The notes below the pieces were generated by a model, which saw only the letters and a list, made by a program, of their open reading frames with translations, had not been told where the DNA came from and searched no databases. The position numbers and the translations under genes are program-made. 64,000 bases of DNA, from the sequence record SRR20825006_2113; one strand, written 5' to 3'. Below, one piece after another: positions 36,958-47,031 of the stretch; the first letter of the stretch is position 1, and each line of letters begins with the position of its first letter.

Positions 36958-38970
36958 ATGAATAAACACGTAATTTTTACAATTTTGCTGGGAGGTACAT
37001 TCAACTTGTGGAGTCAAAATGCAGGTGTTACAGATACTTCAAATAGTCCATTTATTGAGCTAAAAAGTGTAGACTTAGGAGCTGTACAATGGACAGATGG
37101 ATTTTGGAAAGAACAAATAAATATTGAAAATCATTCCACTATACCGTATATGTGGGATTTATATCATCAAGATAAAACGCATGCTTATCTCAATTTTGAA
37201 ATCGCGGCTGGATTACTAAAAGGTAAACACGAGGGGCCATCTTTTCATGATGGTGATTTTTATAAAATTTTAGAAGGTATGGCGGCCAGTTATGCTGCTT
37301 CAAAGGATGCTGATTTAAATAAAAAAATGGATCAAGCTATTGCACTTATAGCAAAGGTTCAACGTGAAGATGGGTACTTGCACACCCCTGTACTTATAGA
37401 AGAACGCTGGGGTACTTTGGGGCCTGACGAATTGCAGAAGCAATTAGGCTTTGAGAAATATAATATGGGGCATTTGATGACTGCTGCTTGTATTCATCAC
37501 CGTTCTACGGGAAAGACTAATTTTTTAAACATAGCAATTGGTGTCGCTGATTATTTATATGATTTTTATAAAAAAGCTTCACCTGAACTCGCAAGAAATG
37601 CTATTTGCCCTTCTCACTATATGGGGGTCATTGAAATGTATCGTACCACCCAAGATCCACGTTATCTAGAACTTGCCAAAAATCTAATAGATATTCGAGG
37701 AACTACCGCAGATGGTACGGATGACAACCAAGATAGAATACCTTTTAGAGAGCAGACTACAGCTATGGGACACGCAGTACGTGCTAATTATCTTTATGCC
37801 GGAGTAGCAGATTTGTATGCAGAAACAGGAGAAGCCTTACTTTTAAAAAGACTGAATACTATTTGGGAAGACATTACTCAAAGGAAAATGTATATAACTG
37901 GGGCTTGTGGAGCACTTTATGATGGTGTCTCTCCCGATGGAACTTCTTATAATCCTACCGAGGTTCAAAAAATTCATCAGGCTTATGGTCGACCCTATCA
38001 GTTACCCAATGCTACAGCACATACAGAAACTTGTGCCAATATTGGAAACTTACTTTTTAATTGGAGAATGTTCCAAGTAACGGGGGACGCAAAATATATG
38101 GATATATTGGAACTTACCTTATATAATAGCATACTGTCTGGTATTAGTCTTGATGGTAAAAATTTCAACTATAATAATCCATTGGCGGTTAACCGTGCAT
38201 TGCCTTTTGAACAGCGTTGGGGAAATCAAAGAGAAGGTTATATTGCACTTTCAAACTGTTGTGCGCCTAATGTTACAAGAACGCTCGCCGAGTCATCTAA
38301 TTATGCATATAGCCTATCAAAGAATGGATTGTTTGTAAATCTATATGGGACCAATCACCTTAAAACAAAAACTGCGAATAATGAGATTATTGAGATTGAG
38401 CAGCAGACTGATTATCCGTGGAATGGCACTATACAAGTTAAAATACTGAATGCCCCAAAAGATTCCTACAGTCTTAATTTTAGAATTCCTGAGTGGTGTA
38501 CTCAAGCAACTCTTAAAATCAATGGGGATAAGGTTGAGGGCAATCTTAACCCAAGTAGTTTTAAAAATATCTCTCAAATTTGGAAAAGAGGCGATTTAAT
38601 TGAGTTAGAATTACCGATGAAACCTGTTTATATGGAGGCTAATCCCCTTGTTGAAGAAGTGTCTAATAAAGTGGCTCTGAAGAGAGGGCCACTAGTATAT
38701 TGCCTGGAATCTCAGGATCTTCCAAAGCATATAGATTTAAATGCTATAACTATAAACTTAGATGAAGCTATTGAGACTGAAAAAATAAAGTTACAGAATA
38801 GAACTATTGTGACTTTAAAAACTTCAGGTTTTTACATTCCTGCTCAATGGAAAAATAAATTATATCAACCATTGAATCAAAAATCAGAGGCGCTGAATTT
38901 CACATTAAATCCTTATTACACGTGGGGTAATCGAGGAGTAGGTGATATGACGGTTTGGTTATCTCGTTAG
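36958..38970 (+). CDS. GH127 glycosidase, likely aceric acid hydrolase type
   Basis: GHAVRANYLY, ETCA, CCAPN Zn/Cys motifs; HQAYG where canonical GH127 has GEAF/GESF. Confidence 0.82.
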   Translation: MNKHVIFTILLGGTFNLWSQNAGVTDTSNSPFIELKSVDLGAVQWTDGFWKEQINIENHSTIPYMWDLYHQDKTHAYLNFEIAAGLLKGKHEGPSFHDGDFYKILEGMAASYAASKDADLNKKMDQAIALIAKVQREDGYLHTPVLIEERWGTLGPDELQKQLGFEKYNMGHLMTAACIHHRSTGKTNFLNIAIGVADYLYDFYKKASPELARNAICPSHYMGVIEMYRTTQDPRYLELAKNLIDIRGTTADGTDDNQDRIPFREQTTAMGHAVRANYLYAGVADLYAETGEALLLKRLNTIWEDITQRKMYITGACGALYDGVSPDGTSYNPTEVQKIHQAYGRPYQLPNATAHTETCANIGNLLFNWRMFQVTGDAKYMDILELTLYNSILSGISLDGKNFNYNNPLAVNRALPFEQRWGNQREGYIALSNCCAPNVTRTLAESSNYAYSLSKNGLFVNLYGTNHLKTKTANNEIIEIEQQTDYPWNGTIQVKILNAPKDSYSLNFRIPEWCTQATLKINGDKVEGNLNPSSFKNISQIWKRGDLIELELPMKPVYMEANPLVEEVSNKVALKRGPLVYCLESQDLPKHIDLNAITINLDEAIETEKIKLQNRTIVTLKTSGFYIPAQWKNKLYQPLNQKSEALNFTLNPYYTWGNRGVGDMTVWLSR

Positions 38971-38999
38971 TAAAGCAGCGTGAAATTCGTAAAAATCAG

Positions 39000-39028
39000 T
39001 TTATAAAATCGACCGCTGTTCAAAAATA
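39000..39028. promoter_or_regulatory. 29-bp element, copy 2, upstream of susC
   Basis: TTTATAAAATCGACCGCTGTTCAAAAATA, 26/29 identical to 9581-9609, same orientation. Confidence 0.65.
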
Positions 39029-39099
39029 ACAGTTCTTTATTAATAATATCACAAAATTAGCAGTGTAATAATTGAAATTATTCAGTTATACCAATAGCG

Positions 39100-39109
39100 C
39101 AATCGATTG
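39100..39109. promoter_or_regulatory. Palindrome CAATCGATTG, LacI-type operator candidate
   Basis: Perfect 10-bp CG-centred palindrome 41 bp before the susC ATG. Confidence 0.4.
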
Positions 39110-39150
39110 AGAATACTTGAAACAAACTTTATTTATCAAATCATTCACCA

Positions 39151-42100
39151 ATGAAAAACACATTTACTAAAATTTGCTTGCTGCTTATTTTGGTCTTTAG
39201 TTTTACTATAGCTAATGCTCAGGAGAACACTGGAGATCAAAAAACAGTAACAGGTGTAATAACCGATCCTTCGGGAAATGCTATTCCCGGAGTTAATGTA
39301 TTAATCAAAGATTCAGGCAACGGGGTTGTAACAGACTTTGAAGGTAAGTATTCCATTAGAGCATTTGAAGGTAATACGTTAGTTTTCTCTTATGTAGGTT
39401 TAAAGACTGTAGAACAACTCGTCGGAACTAGAAATACAATCGATATCATTTTAGAAGAAGACAGTTCTACCTTAGACGATGTAGTAGTTGTAGGTTACGG
39501 TAGTCAAAAGCGTGGAGATATAACAGGGGCTATTGAAACAATAAAGCCAACAGATGTTCAAGACCTTCCAGTATCAAATCTATCTGAGGCTTTACGAGGT
39601 CAAGTACCGGGATTATCTGTTTCTGGCGGTTCACAAAGGCCAGGAGATCCAGCTACATTACAAATACGACAAGGATTTGGATTTTCAAAAGATGGAAATT
39701 CACTATTACCTCTAGTAGTAATAGATGATATGATTCAAGTAGACCCAACAACAGGGTTACCAACATTAGAAACTTTTAATAGACTAGATCCCTCAGAGAT
39801 CGAGAGTATCACGGTCCTTAAAGATGCGTCAGCAGCAATTTATGGTGCACGAGCGTCTCAAGGAGCTATAGTGGTAAAAACTAAGCGGGGAAAAGCAGGG
39901 AAAACAGCAATAACTTATTATAGTCAGTTTTCAATTAATGATGCCGTAAGTCATAGTAAAACGATGAGTGCTTATGACTATGGGATATGGCACAATAGCT
40001 ACCTAAGAGCCGACAATCGCGATAGTGAGGGACGTAATTTGTTTTCCGAAGCTGAATTAGAACGTATGAAATCGCTAAACTATGATTGGCTGGATCAAGC
40101 GTGGAATACTGCAGTTCAACAACGTCATTCTTTAACATTAAGTGGAGGAAATGAAAAAGCTACGTATTTTGCAGGTGTTACTTATTTTAATCAAGGTGCA
40201 AACTTAGGTGATCAAGATTTTGATAAATGGAATTTCAGAACAGGGATTAATGCAAAAATTTCTGATGATTTCGACTTATCAGCATCCGTATCAGGTAATT
40301 CAGGAAATATTGAGAAATCCTTCACTAAAGCTACAGCAAATATCAATGATAGTAGTTATGGATCAAAAGCTGGAGGTGGTGAACAGGGCGATTACGGTTA
40401 TCTTTTGCATATGCCCAAATATATACCTATCACTACTATGATTGATGGAGAAGAGTACTATATGTCACCTTTTCCACGTACTGATCGTAATTTACAAAGT
40501 GCTAATACCAATAGAACCATTGCAGGATGGAATTATTTTGCGACTTTAAACAATGGTTCTAAACAAACCACTGAAGATTTTACATATAATGTCAACGTGT
40601 CCTTAGCTTATAAGGTGCCATTTATAGAAGGACTTTCTGTTAAAGGAACTTTTTCTAGAAATCAAACTTCAGAATACACTGAGCAAATTCAATTACCTTA
40701 CACGCTAGCAAGGATTACAAATTATAATTCTGAGGGTAATCATCTTGAAAATGAAAATTCTGATTATAAAATAGAAGAAAATAGAAGAAATTCTAGAGTG
40801 TATTACAATAGTTTCAATAGCAAAAGTACCCAAGCTAACGTATTTTTAAATTATGCTAAATCTTTTGGGGATCACGACATCGATGCTATGGTATCCATGG
40901 AACGTTCGGAGTCTAGCTATAAGAGTACCCGTCTTGCTTATGAAAATACTTCTTCGGACTACTTGGGCACCAATGAGACCGCAGGGGAACTATCAGATAA
41001 CTCTACTGCTTTTAAAGGTGAATCAGGAACATTATCCTATTTAGGCCGTGTTAATTATAGTTACAAGGATAAATATTTACTGCAATTTTTATTTAGAAGT
41101 GATGCTTCTACCAAATTTGCACCAGAGAACTATTGGGGGTTTTTTCCATCAGTTCAAGCAGGTTGGGTATTATCACAAGAAAGCTGGTTTGAAGAAGGAT
41201 TACCTTGGGTAGACTATTTCAAACTGCGCTATAGCGTTGGTAAGACTGGAAAAGACAATATAAAACCTTGGCAGTGGGTTCAATATTATGATATCTATGT
41301 TGACAAGGGATTACAATTTGGTAGTGATGGAGGGCAGCTTGGAGGAGCGCTTTCCCCTAAACTTAATCCAAATCGAGATGTACATTGGGATCAGACCGTA
41401 AAACATAATTTAGGATTTGACCTAAACTTATTACAAAATAGATTCCAATTAGGCACTAACTTTTATTACGACAAAACAACAGACCTGCTCGTAAATACCT
41501 CTAGTACAGTCGGAGTGCCGATTTCTGTAGGTGGTGGCTTTGCAGAAGAAAATTTTGCAGCCGTAGATGCGTGGGGAGCAGAATTTAACGTGAACTGGAG
41601 AGATAACATAGGCAAAGATTTTAATTACAACGTAGGAGTGAACTTCGGATTCTCAAATAATAAGGTTGTAAAGTATCCTGAACAACCTTTGCAGCACCCA
41701 TCTAACAATTACGTTAGAGAAGGTGAATCTTTATTCTATCCTGCTTGGGGATTTCAAACGTGGTCAGGTTCTTCAACGGGTGATGGGATCTTACGTACAG
41801 ATGAAGATGTACAAAATTACTGGAGCTATTTATCTGATAGAGCTGCGGCTGCAGGTACCGAGCCTAGCTACTTAGGTATCAATAGTGTTGATGGATTAAG
41901 AAAAGGTATGTTAGCATATGAAGATGTTGGAGGAGCTTTCAATGCCGAAGATGGAACTCAAGCAGGACCTGATGGTCGAGTTGATAATCAACTGGATTAT
42001 GTGAAACTAGATGATAAGAATAGAACTTATGGTTTTACAACTAATTTGCGTGTTCAATATAAAGGAGTCTATTTACGAACACAAATTGCAACTTCTTGGG

Positions 42101-42504
42101 GAGGTTACAGCGAAATCGATAGAGTTAAGCAGGGAACTTCTTCATCGCATAATTTCTGGGCGCACGAGAGTTATTGGACAGATATGTATGATGAAGAATT
42201 TAATGTAGACGGTAAGTGGCCTAACTTAGCATTCTACGATGCCAGTTCTTTAGGAGCAAATTCAAATTTCTGGAAGATAAATACATTTAATGCGGTGGTT
42301 AGAAATTTAACCGTTGGATATGAAATACCAGAGAAATTGCTTTCAAGTCTTAACATACAAAGAGCCTCGTTAGGAATAACTGGTAATAATCTGTGGTACT
42401 TCAATAACCCTTATCCTGATCATTATAGAAATGTCTATGATAATTCATTTGTAGGTTATCCAACCTTGAGAACATGGTCCGTTAATTTAAATGTATCCTT
42501 CTAA
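39151..42504 (+). CDS. susC: SusC/RagA TonB-dependent transporter
   Basis: N-terminal VTGVITD...IPGVNV domain, VVVVGYG, plug ESITVLKDASAAIYGARA, C-terminal Phe. Confidence 0.96.
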   Translation: MKNTFTKICLLLILVFSFTIANAQENTGDQKTVTGVITDPSGNAIPGVNVLIKDSGNGVVTDFEGKYSIRAFEGNTLVFSYVGLKTVEQLVGTRNTIDIILEEDSSTLDDVVVVGYGSQKRGDITGAIETIKPTDVQDLPVSNLSEALRGQVPGLSVSGGSQRPGDPATLQIRQGFGFSKDGNSLLPLVVIDDMIQVDPTTGLPTLETFNRLDPSEIESITVLKDASAAIYGARASQGAIVVKTKRGKAGKTAITYYSQFSINDAVSHSKTMSAYDYGIWHNSYLRADNRDSEGRNLFSEAELERMKSLNYDWLDQAWNTAVQQRHSLTLSGGNEKATYFAGVTYFNQGANLGDQDFDKWNFRTGINAKISDDFDLSASVSGNSGNIEKSFTKATANINDSSYGSKAGGGEQGDYGYLLHMPKYIPITTMIDGEEYYMSPFPRTDRNLQSANTNRTIAGWNYFATLNNGSKQTTEDFTYNVNVSLAYKVPFIEGLSVKGTFSRNQTSEYTEQIQLPYTLARITNYNSEGNHLENENSDYKIEENRRNSRVYYNSFNSKSTQANVFLNYAKSFGDHDIDAMVSMERSESSYKSTRLAYENTSSDYLGTNETAGELSDNSTAFKGESGTLSYLGRVNYSYKDKYLLQFLFRSDASTKFAPENYWGFFPSVQAGWVLSQESWFEEGLPWVDYFKLRYSVGKTGKDNIKPWQWVQYYDIYVDKGLQFGSDGGQLGGALSPKLNPNRDVHWDQTVKHNLGFDLNLLQNRFQLGTNFYYDKTTDLLVNTSSTVGVPISVGGGFAEENFAAVDAWGAEFNVNWRDNIGKDFNYNVGVNFGFSNNKVVKYPEQPLQHPSNNYVREGESLFYPAWGFQTWSGSSTGDGILRTDEDVQNYWSYLSDRAAAAGTEPSYLGINSVDGLRKGMLAYEDVGGAFNAEDGTQAGPDGRVDNQLDYVKLDDKNRTYGFTTNLRVQYKGVYLRTQIATSWGGYSEIDRVKQGTSSSHNFWAHESYWTDMYDEEFNVDGKWPNLAFYDASSLGANSNFWKINTFNAVVRNLTVGYEIPEKLLSSLNIQRASLGITGNNLWYFNNPYPDHYRNVYDNSFVGYPTLRTWSVNLNVSF

Positions 42505-42523
42505 TTTTAAAAGCACAATTATT

Positions 42524-44491
42524 ATGAAAACAACAATTAATGTATATATAGGTTTGCTGCTTTTAATGCTAAACAGCAGCGCCTGCACTGACGATTTTTT
42601 AGAAGAAAAAAGAAATTTTGGAGAGTATGATGATACTTTTTATCAAAGTCAGGAACGGGTAGATTTTTATATCAATAATATTTATTACGATTTCTTTCAG
42701 AGTTTAAGTTCTCCTACTGCAACATTAGTCGGGCTTTATGAAACAGAATATTCCGGTCTTACAGAGGAAATAGGAGGGATTAGAACTTTAATCGATCCCA
42801 CGCAGACCCTAATAACCTCAGATGACGGATTTGGGTATTATGGAACAAAATTGGAAAATAAATTAAAAAATGAGCCATATCATCGTATTCGTGACTGTAA
42901 TGCGTTACTTGAAGATATTGATGTCAAAGGAGCTAATTTAGATGAAGACTATAGAGACCGTGCTAAAGGTCAGATGTATTACTTTAGAGCTTTACAATAT
43001 TTTGATTTAATGCGTAGTTATGGGGGAGTACCAATAGTAACTACTGTTGAAAATGCTTCTGTTACAGATGAAAGTCTGCAAATACCACGAGCATCAGTCA
43101 CAGAATTGGTCGCCCAGATTGTTTCAGATTTTGACATGGCAGCAACACTATTACCGGGAACTTGGGAGCCAGGCCAATATGGAAGGTTTACTAAAGGAGC
43201 TGCACTAGCGCAGAAAGCAAAAGTATTACTTACTTATGCAAGTCCGTTATACAATTCCGATTGGGATAATAATGCGAATGAAAGATGGCAGGCAGCTCTT
43301 CAAGCTGGTTTAGAAGCAGAATCTCAGTTAGCGAGTGATGGCTATGGCCTTTACGGTAATACCGCAAAGGATTGGGAAGATTTATTTTTAATCGATAATA
43401 CCTTTAGTCCTGAAGCGATTACGGTGCATTTGTTAGGTAATGGGAATGCTTCCAACATACTTAATAATTCCTGGGAACGAACTATACGATTAAGCAGTCA
43501 AGATGGAAATGGGGGTCAAGCAGCTCCAAAAGAAATGATTGATTTATTTCCTATGGCTGATGGATCGCGACCTACCGCTGAAAATGGTTATGATGATTTC
43601 TTATTTTTTGTTGATCGGGATCCAAGGTTCTATAGAACATTTGCATTTTCAGGAAGGAAATGGGCCTATGATGAGGACCCTGACGATACAGTTTGGGCCT
43701 ATAGATATACTGATAGTGAGGATAATGAATTTTTCAGCGATAACAATCAAGTTTCGAGTCCGGCATTTGTAAGAAAAATGTCAAATCCCTTAGCTAGTAA
43801 TGCCAGTAGCTTTGAGTATTCTGGAACGGATATTTTTGAATATCGCTACGCAGAATTATTGCTGAATATTGCAGAATGCTATGCTGCAACTGGTGATATC
43901 TCAAATACCATTTCTTATTTAGGTAGAATTAGGGAACGCGTGGGAATCAATTCATCTAACAATTATGGAATAGGAAATTTAGCAAGTAAATATGAAGCAC
44001 TAGAAGCTTGTTTATATGAGCGTCGCATCGAGCTTGCCTATGAAGGAAAACGTTTCTGGGATGTTCAACGATGGATGTTATATGATGATGATGGCTCAAT
44101 TAACAGTAATAATACGTGCGCTATGTTAGGGCTTGAACCTCTAAACGGTACACAGAGAACTGGTAATTTTTTACAATATACTGGAGTTTCAAACGGTAGT
44201 GAAGATCCATTGGCTGCAGAGCGTGCTGCATTATCAGTAGATCCTGATGCGGCTGACTTTCAAGCCCAAATACAAGCTCTAGCAGCATTCTATACTGCAA
44301 ATTTTGAATTTGCAGAGTTACCAATTCCTTTAGATAATGTAAATGGCGAGCAAGCTCAAATAGACTTTAAACCATATTATTACATTATGGGCCTTAAAAC
44401 TGATGTATTAACGCAAAATCCTTATTTAAGACAAACTGTGGGTTGGCAAGATGCCTCTGGAGCTCCTGGAACGTTTATCTATCAAGAATAA
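42524..44491 (+). CDS. susD: SusD/RagB glycan-binding lipoprotein (start at MKTTIN, 42524)
   Basis: Lipobox SSAC-TDDFL, YFDLMRSYGGVP, RDPRFY, YRYAELLLNIAE, ERRIELAYEGKRFWD. Confidence 0.94.
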   Translation: MKTTINVYIGLLLLMLNSSACTDDFLEEKRNFGEYDDTFYQSQERVDFYINNIYYDFFQSLSSPTATLVGLYETEYSGLTEEIGGIRTLIDPTQTLITSDDGFGYYGTKLENKLKNEPYHRIRDCNALLEDIDVKGANLDEDYRDRAKGQMYYFRALQYFDLMRSYGGVPIVTTVENASVTDESLQIPRASVTELVAQIVSDFDMAATLLPGTWEPGQYGRFTKGAALAQKAKVLLTYASPLYNSDWDNNANERWQAALQAGLEAESQLASDGYGLYGNTAKDWEDLFLIDNTFSPEAITVHLLGNGNASNILNNSWERTIRLSSQDGNGGQAAPKEMIDLFPMADGSRPTAENGYDDFLFFVDRDPRFYRTFAFSGRKWAYDEDPDDTVWAYRYTDSEDNEFFSDNNQVSSPAFVRKMSNPLASNASSFEYSGTDIFEYRYAELLLNIAECYAATGDISNTISYLGRIRERVGINSSNNYGIGNLASKYEALEACLYERRIELAYEGKRFWDVQRWMLYDDDGSINSNNTCAMLGLEPLNGTQRTGNFLQYTGVSNGSEDPLAAERAALSVDPDAADFQAQIQALAAFYTANFEFAELPIPLDNVNGEQAQIDFKPYYYIMGLKTDVLTQNPYLRQTVGWQDASGAPGTFIYQE

Positions 44492-44530
44492 TTGATTTGA
44501 ATAGATCACCCTTATAAAACTATATTTCTT

Positions 44531-46258
44531 ATGATTAAAAAAAATGTTTTAACCTTTATTTTTGCTCTTGGCTCTTACACTCTGATGTTTGCTCAGTACC
44601 CTACATTGACTGAAGAAGATAAACGGAAAGAAGAGGAGATAAAAGCTGCAGCCTACGCACATTCTGATGAAGCTTGGGAAAAAGCTCGAGTTATAGTACA
44701 GAAAGAAGCTAGAGCGGGTAAACCTTACATACCATGGGCTGCCCGTCCTACTGATTTACCACAAGCAGAAATTCCTGCATTTCCAGGAGCAAAAGGGGGG
44801 GGTATGTATTCCTTTGGCGGTAGAGGCGGTAAGATTATAACCGTTACTAGTACAGCAGATAGCGGTCCAGGAACTTTGCGCGAAGCTTGTGAAACTGGAG
44901 GAGCTCGAACAATTGTATTCAACGTTGCAGGAATAATTAAATTGGAGACTCCTTTGATAATTCGAGCTCCTTACATAACTATAGCTGGACAAACAGCACC
45001 TGGAGATGGGGTTTGTATTGCAGGTGAAACCGTATGGATTGATACCCACGATGTGGTTATTAGGCATATGCGTTTTAGAAGAGGAGAAACGTTTGTAGGT
45101 CGTAGAGATGATGCCATTGGAGGTAATCCTGTGGGCAATATTATGATCGATCACGTATCTGCAAGTTGGGGGCTTGATGAAAACATGTCTATTTATAGAC
45201 ATATGTATGAGCCGGGTGCTGATTATAAACCTGAGAAGCTCCCGACTGTGAATATTACTATTCAAAACAGCATTTTTTCAGAAGATTTAGATACCTATAA
45301 TCATGCTTTTGGAAGTACTTTGGGAGGAGAGAATTGTTCTTTTATGCAAAATCTTTGGGCCAGTAATGCGGGAAGAAATCCCTCTATTGGCTGGAATGGC
45401 ATATTCAATTTTGTTAATAATGTAGTATATAATTGGAAACATCGTTCAATAGATGGAGGAGATTACACCGCCAAATATAATATTATCAATAACTACTTTA
45501 AACCAGGGCCTATTACTGGCAAAGATGAGCGAGTTGGACATCGTATTTTAAAACCAGAATCTGGACGAAGTAAACTCGATACGGTGGTCTTTGGAATGGC
45601 CCATGTAGAGGGTAATATAATGGAAGGTTATCCTCAAATCACAAGAGATAACTGGAATGATGGTGTTCAAATGGAGGGTAAAGATGGTAATGAAATGCCA
45701 TTGGCTGAAGCTAAAAAATACTTCCCATATATAAGAGCCAAAAAACCAATGCCAATGCCTTGGATAGGAGAAATTATGCCTGCACAAAAAGCCTATGATT
45801 TTGTATTGGAAAATGCCGGAGCCACTTTACCTGTTCGTGATGACGTAGATAAACGTGTTATACGAACAGTAAGAACGGGAAAAGCGGAATACGTAAAGGG
45901 GTTAGATCCAGATTCCTTCTATCAGTTTAAATATAGACGCCTACCTAAAGATTCGTATAAAGATGGTATCATAACAGACATCGCTCAAGTAGGAGGATAT
46001 CCTGAATATAAAGGAGAGCCTTATACCGATTCAGATAAAGATGGCATACCCGATAGTTGGGAAAAGAAATATGGGTTAAACCCTAATGATTCTAGTGATG
46101 CTTCAAAATCAAATGGAGAAAATACGTACACCAATATTGAATTATACATCAATGGAATCAAACCTAAAATGAATGTAAAAAAGGACTGGACAAATCTAGA
46201 GAACAATATAGATACACTTGCTGATCAATCTGAAGAATTAGCGAGTTATAAAAATTAA
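44531..46258 (+). CDS. PL1 pectate lyase, RG-II backbone lyase type
   Basis: AFPGAKGGG...GGRGG, DSGPGTLR, TIAGQTAPGDG, MIDHVSASWGLDE, DSDKDGIPDSWE. Confidence 0.87.
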   Translation: MIKKNVLTFIFALGSYTLMFAQYPTLTEEDKRKEEEIKAAAYAHSDEAWEKARVIVQKEARAGKPYIPWAARPTDLPQAEIPAFPGAKGGGMYSFGGRGGKIITVTSTADSGPGTLREACETGGARTIVFNVAGIIKLETPLIIRAPYITIAGQTAPGDGVCIAGETVWIDTHDVVIRHMRFRRGETFVGRRDDAIGGNPVGNIMIDHVSASWGLDENMSIYRHMYEPGADYKPEKLPTVNITIQNSIFSEDLDTYNHAFGSTLGGENCSFMQNLWASNAGRNPSIGWNGIFNFVNNVVYNWKHRSIDGGDYTAKYNIINNYFKPGPITGKDERVGHRILKPESGRSKLDTVVFGMAHVEGNIMEGYPQITRDNWNDGVQMEGKDGNEMPLAEAKKYFPYIRAKKPMPMPWIGEIMPAQKAYDFVLENAGATLPVRDDVDKRVIRTVRTGKAEYVKGLDPDSFYQFKYRRLPKDSYKDGIITDIAQVGGYPEYKGEPYTDSDKDGIPDSWEKKYGLNPNDSSDASKSNGENTYTNIELYINGIKPKMNVKKDWTNLENNIDTLADQSEELASYKN

Positions 46259-46276
46259 TTTGTGTGTGTATTATGG

Positions 46277-46310
46277 TAGTTGGTCGGTAGAAATACCGGC
46301 CAGCTATTTT
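46277..46310 (+). terminator. Stem-loop with GAAA tetraloop and short U tract; intrinsic terminator or mRNA stabiliser
   Basis: TAGTTGGTCGGTA-GAAA-TACCGGCCAGCTA-TTTT: 13-bp stem including two G-U pairs. Confidence 0.7.
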
Positions 46311-46325
46311 AATTATTTAAAAACT

Positions 46326-47000
46326 ATGAAAAAAAATAAAATTTTAAGTCTTGTCTCAATTCTATTAATTCTGGTTTCTGTCTCTAATGCTCAAGAGACA
46401 AACTTTGATCCTGAATACATCAAAGTTACCAATGAGCGCGCTCAAAAAATTGTTGATGAATTGGAAATACCTAATCAACAAAAAGCTTTGCAGGTCAGAA
46501 ACTTAATAGCTGAGCAATATCGTGCATTAAGTAAAATACAAGAAAAAGAAGAGCAGCAAGTAGCTGTTTTAAAAGCCAGTAATTTAAGCGATCAACTTAA
46601 AGAATCTAAAAAAGAAAAAATTGAATCCGATATTGATGCGGCTACTAAAAAGTTACATAAAAAGTACCTTAAAAACTTAAACAACGAACTCAATACTGAA
46701 CAAGTAACTAAAGTTAAAGACGGTATGACTTACGGAGTGGTGGATATTACTTATGCCGGATATCAAGATATGCTGCCTCAACTCACCAAAGAGGAGAAAA
46801 AATACATTTACAAAAATTTGGTAGAAGCCCGAGAACTTGCCATGGATGCCGGATCATCAAAAGAAAAGCACGAATGGTTTGGTAAGTATAAAGGTCGAAT
46901 CAATAATTATTTATCTAAGAGAGGTTATGACTTAAATGCTGAAAGTGCAGCTTGGCATAAACGCATAGAGGCCAAAAAGGAGGCTGAAGGCCATCAATAG
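46326..47000 (+). CDS. DUF3826-like exported helical protein (start MKKNKIL)
   Basis: Signal peptide; VKDGMTYG, EARELAMDAGSS, WFGKYKGRINNYL. Confidence 0.7.
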   Translation: MKKNKILSLVSILLILVSVSNAQETNFDPEYIKVTNERAQKIVDELEIPNQQKALQVRNLIAEQYRALSKIQEKEEQQVAVLKASNLSDQLKESKKEKIESDIDAATKKLHKKYLKNLNNELNTEQVTKVKDGMTYGVVDITYAGYQDMLPQLTKEEKKYIYKNLVEARELAMDAGSSKEKHEWFGKYKGRINNYLSKRGYDLNAESAAWHKRIEAKKEAEGHQ

Positions 47001-47031
47001 TTTCTTGAAAATAAATATTGAAAATTATACA

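Noticed and set aside
44795-44802. G8 homopolymer in PL1 as a phase-variation tract
   Set aside because: It encodes the conserved Gly-Gly-Gly of the PL1 N-terminal motif, the frame is intact, and there is no evidence of slippage.
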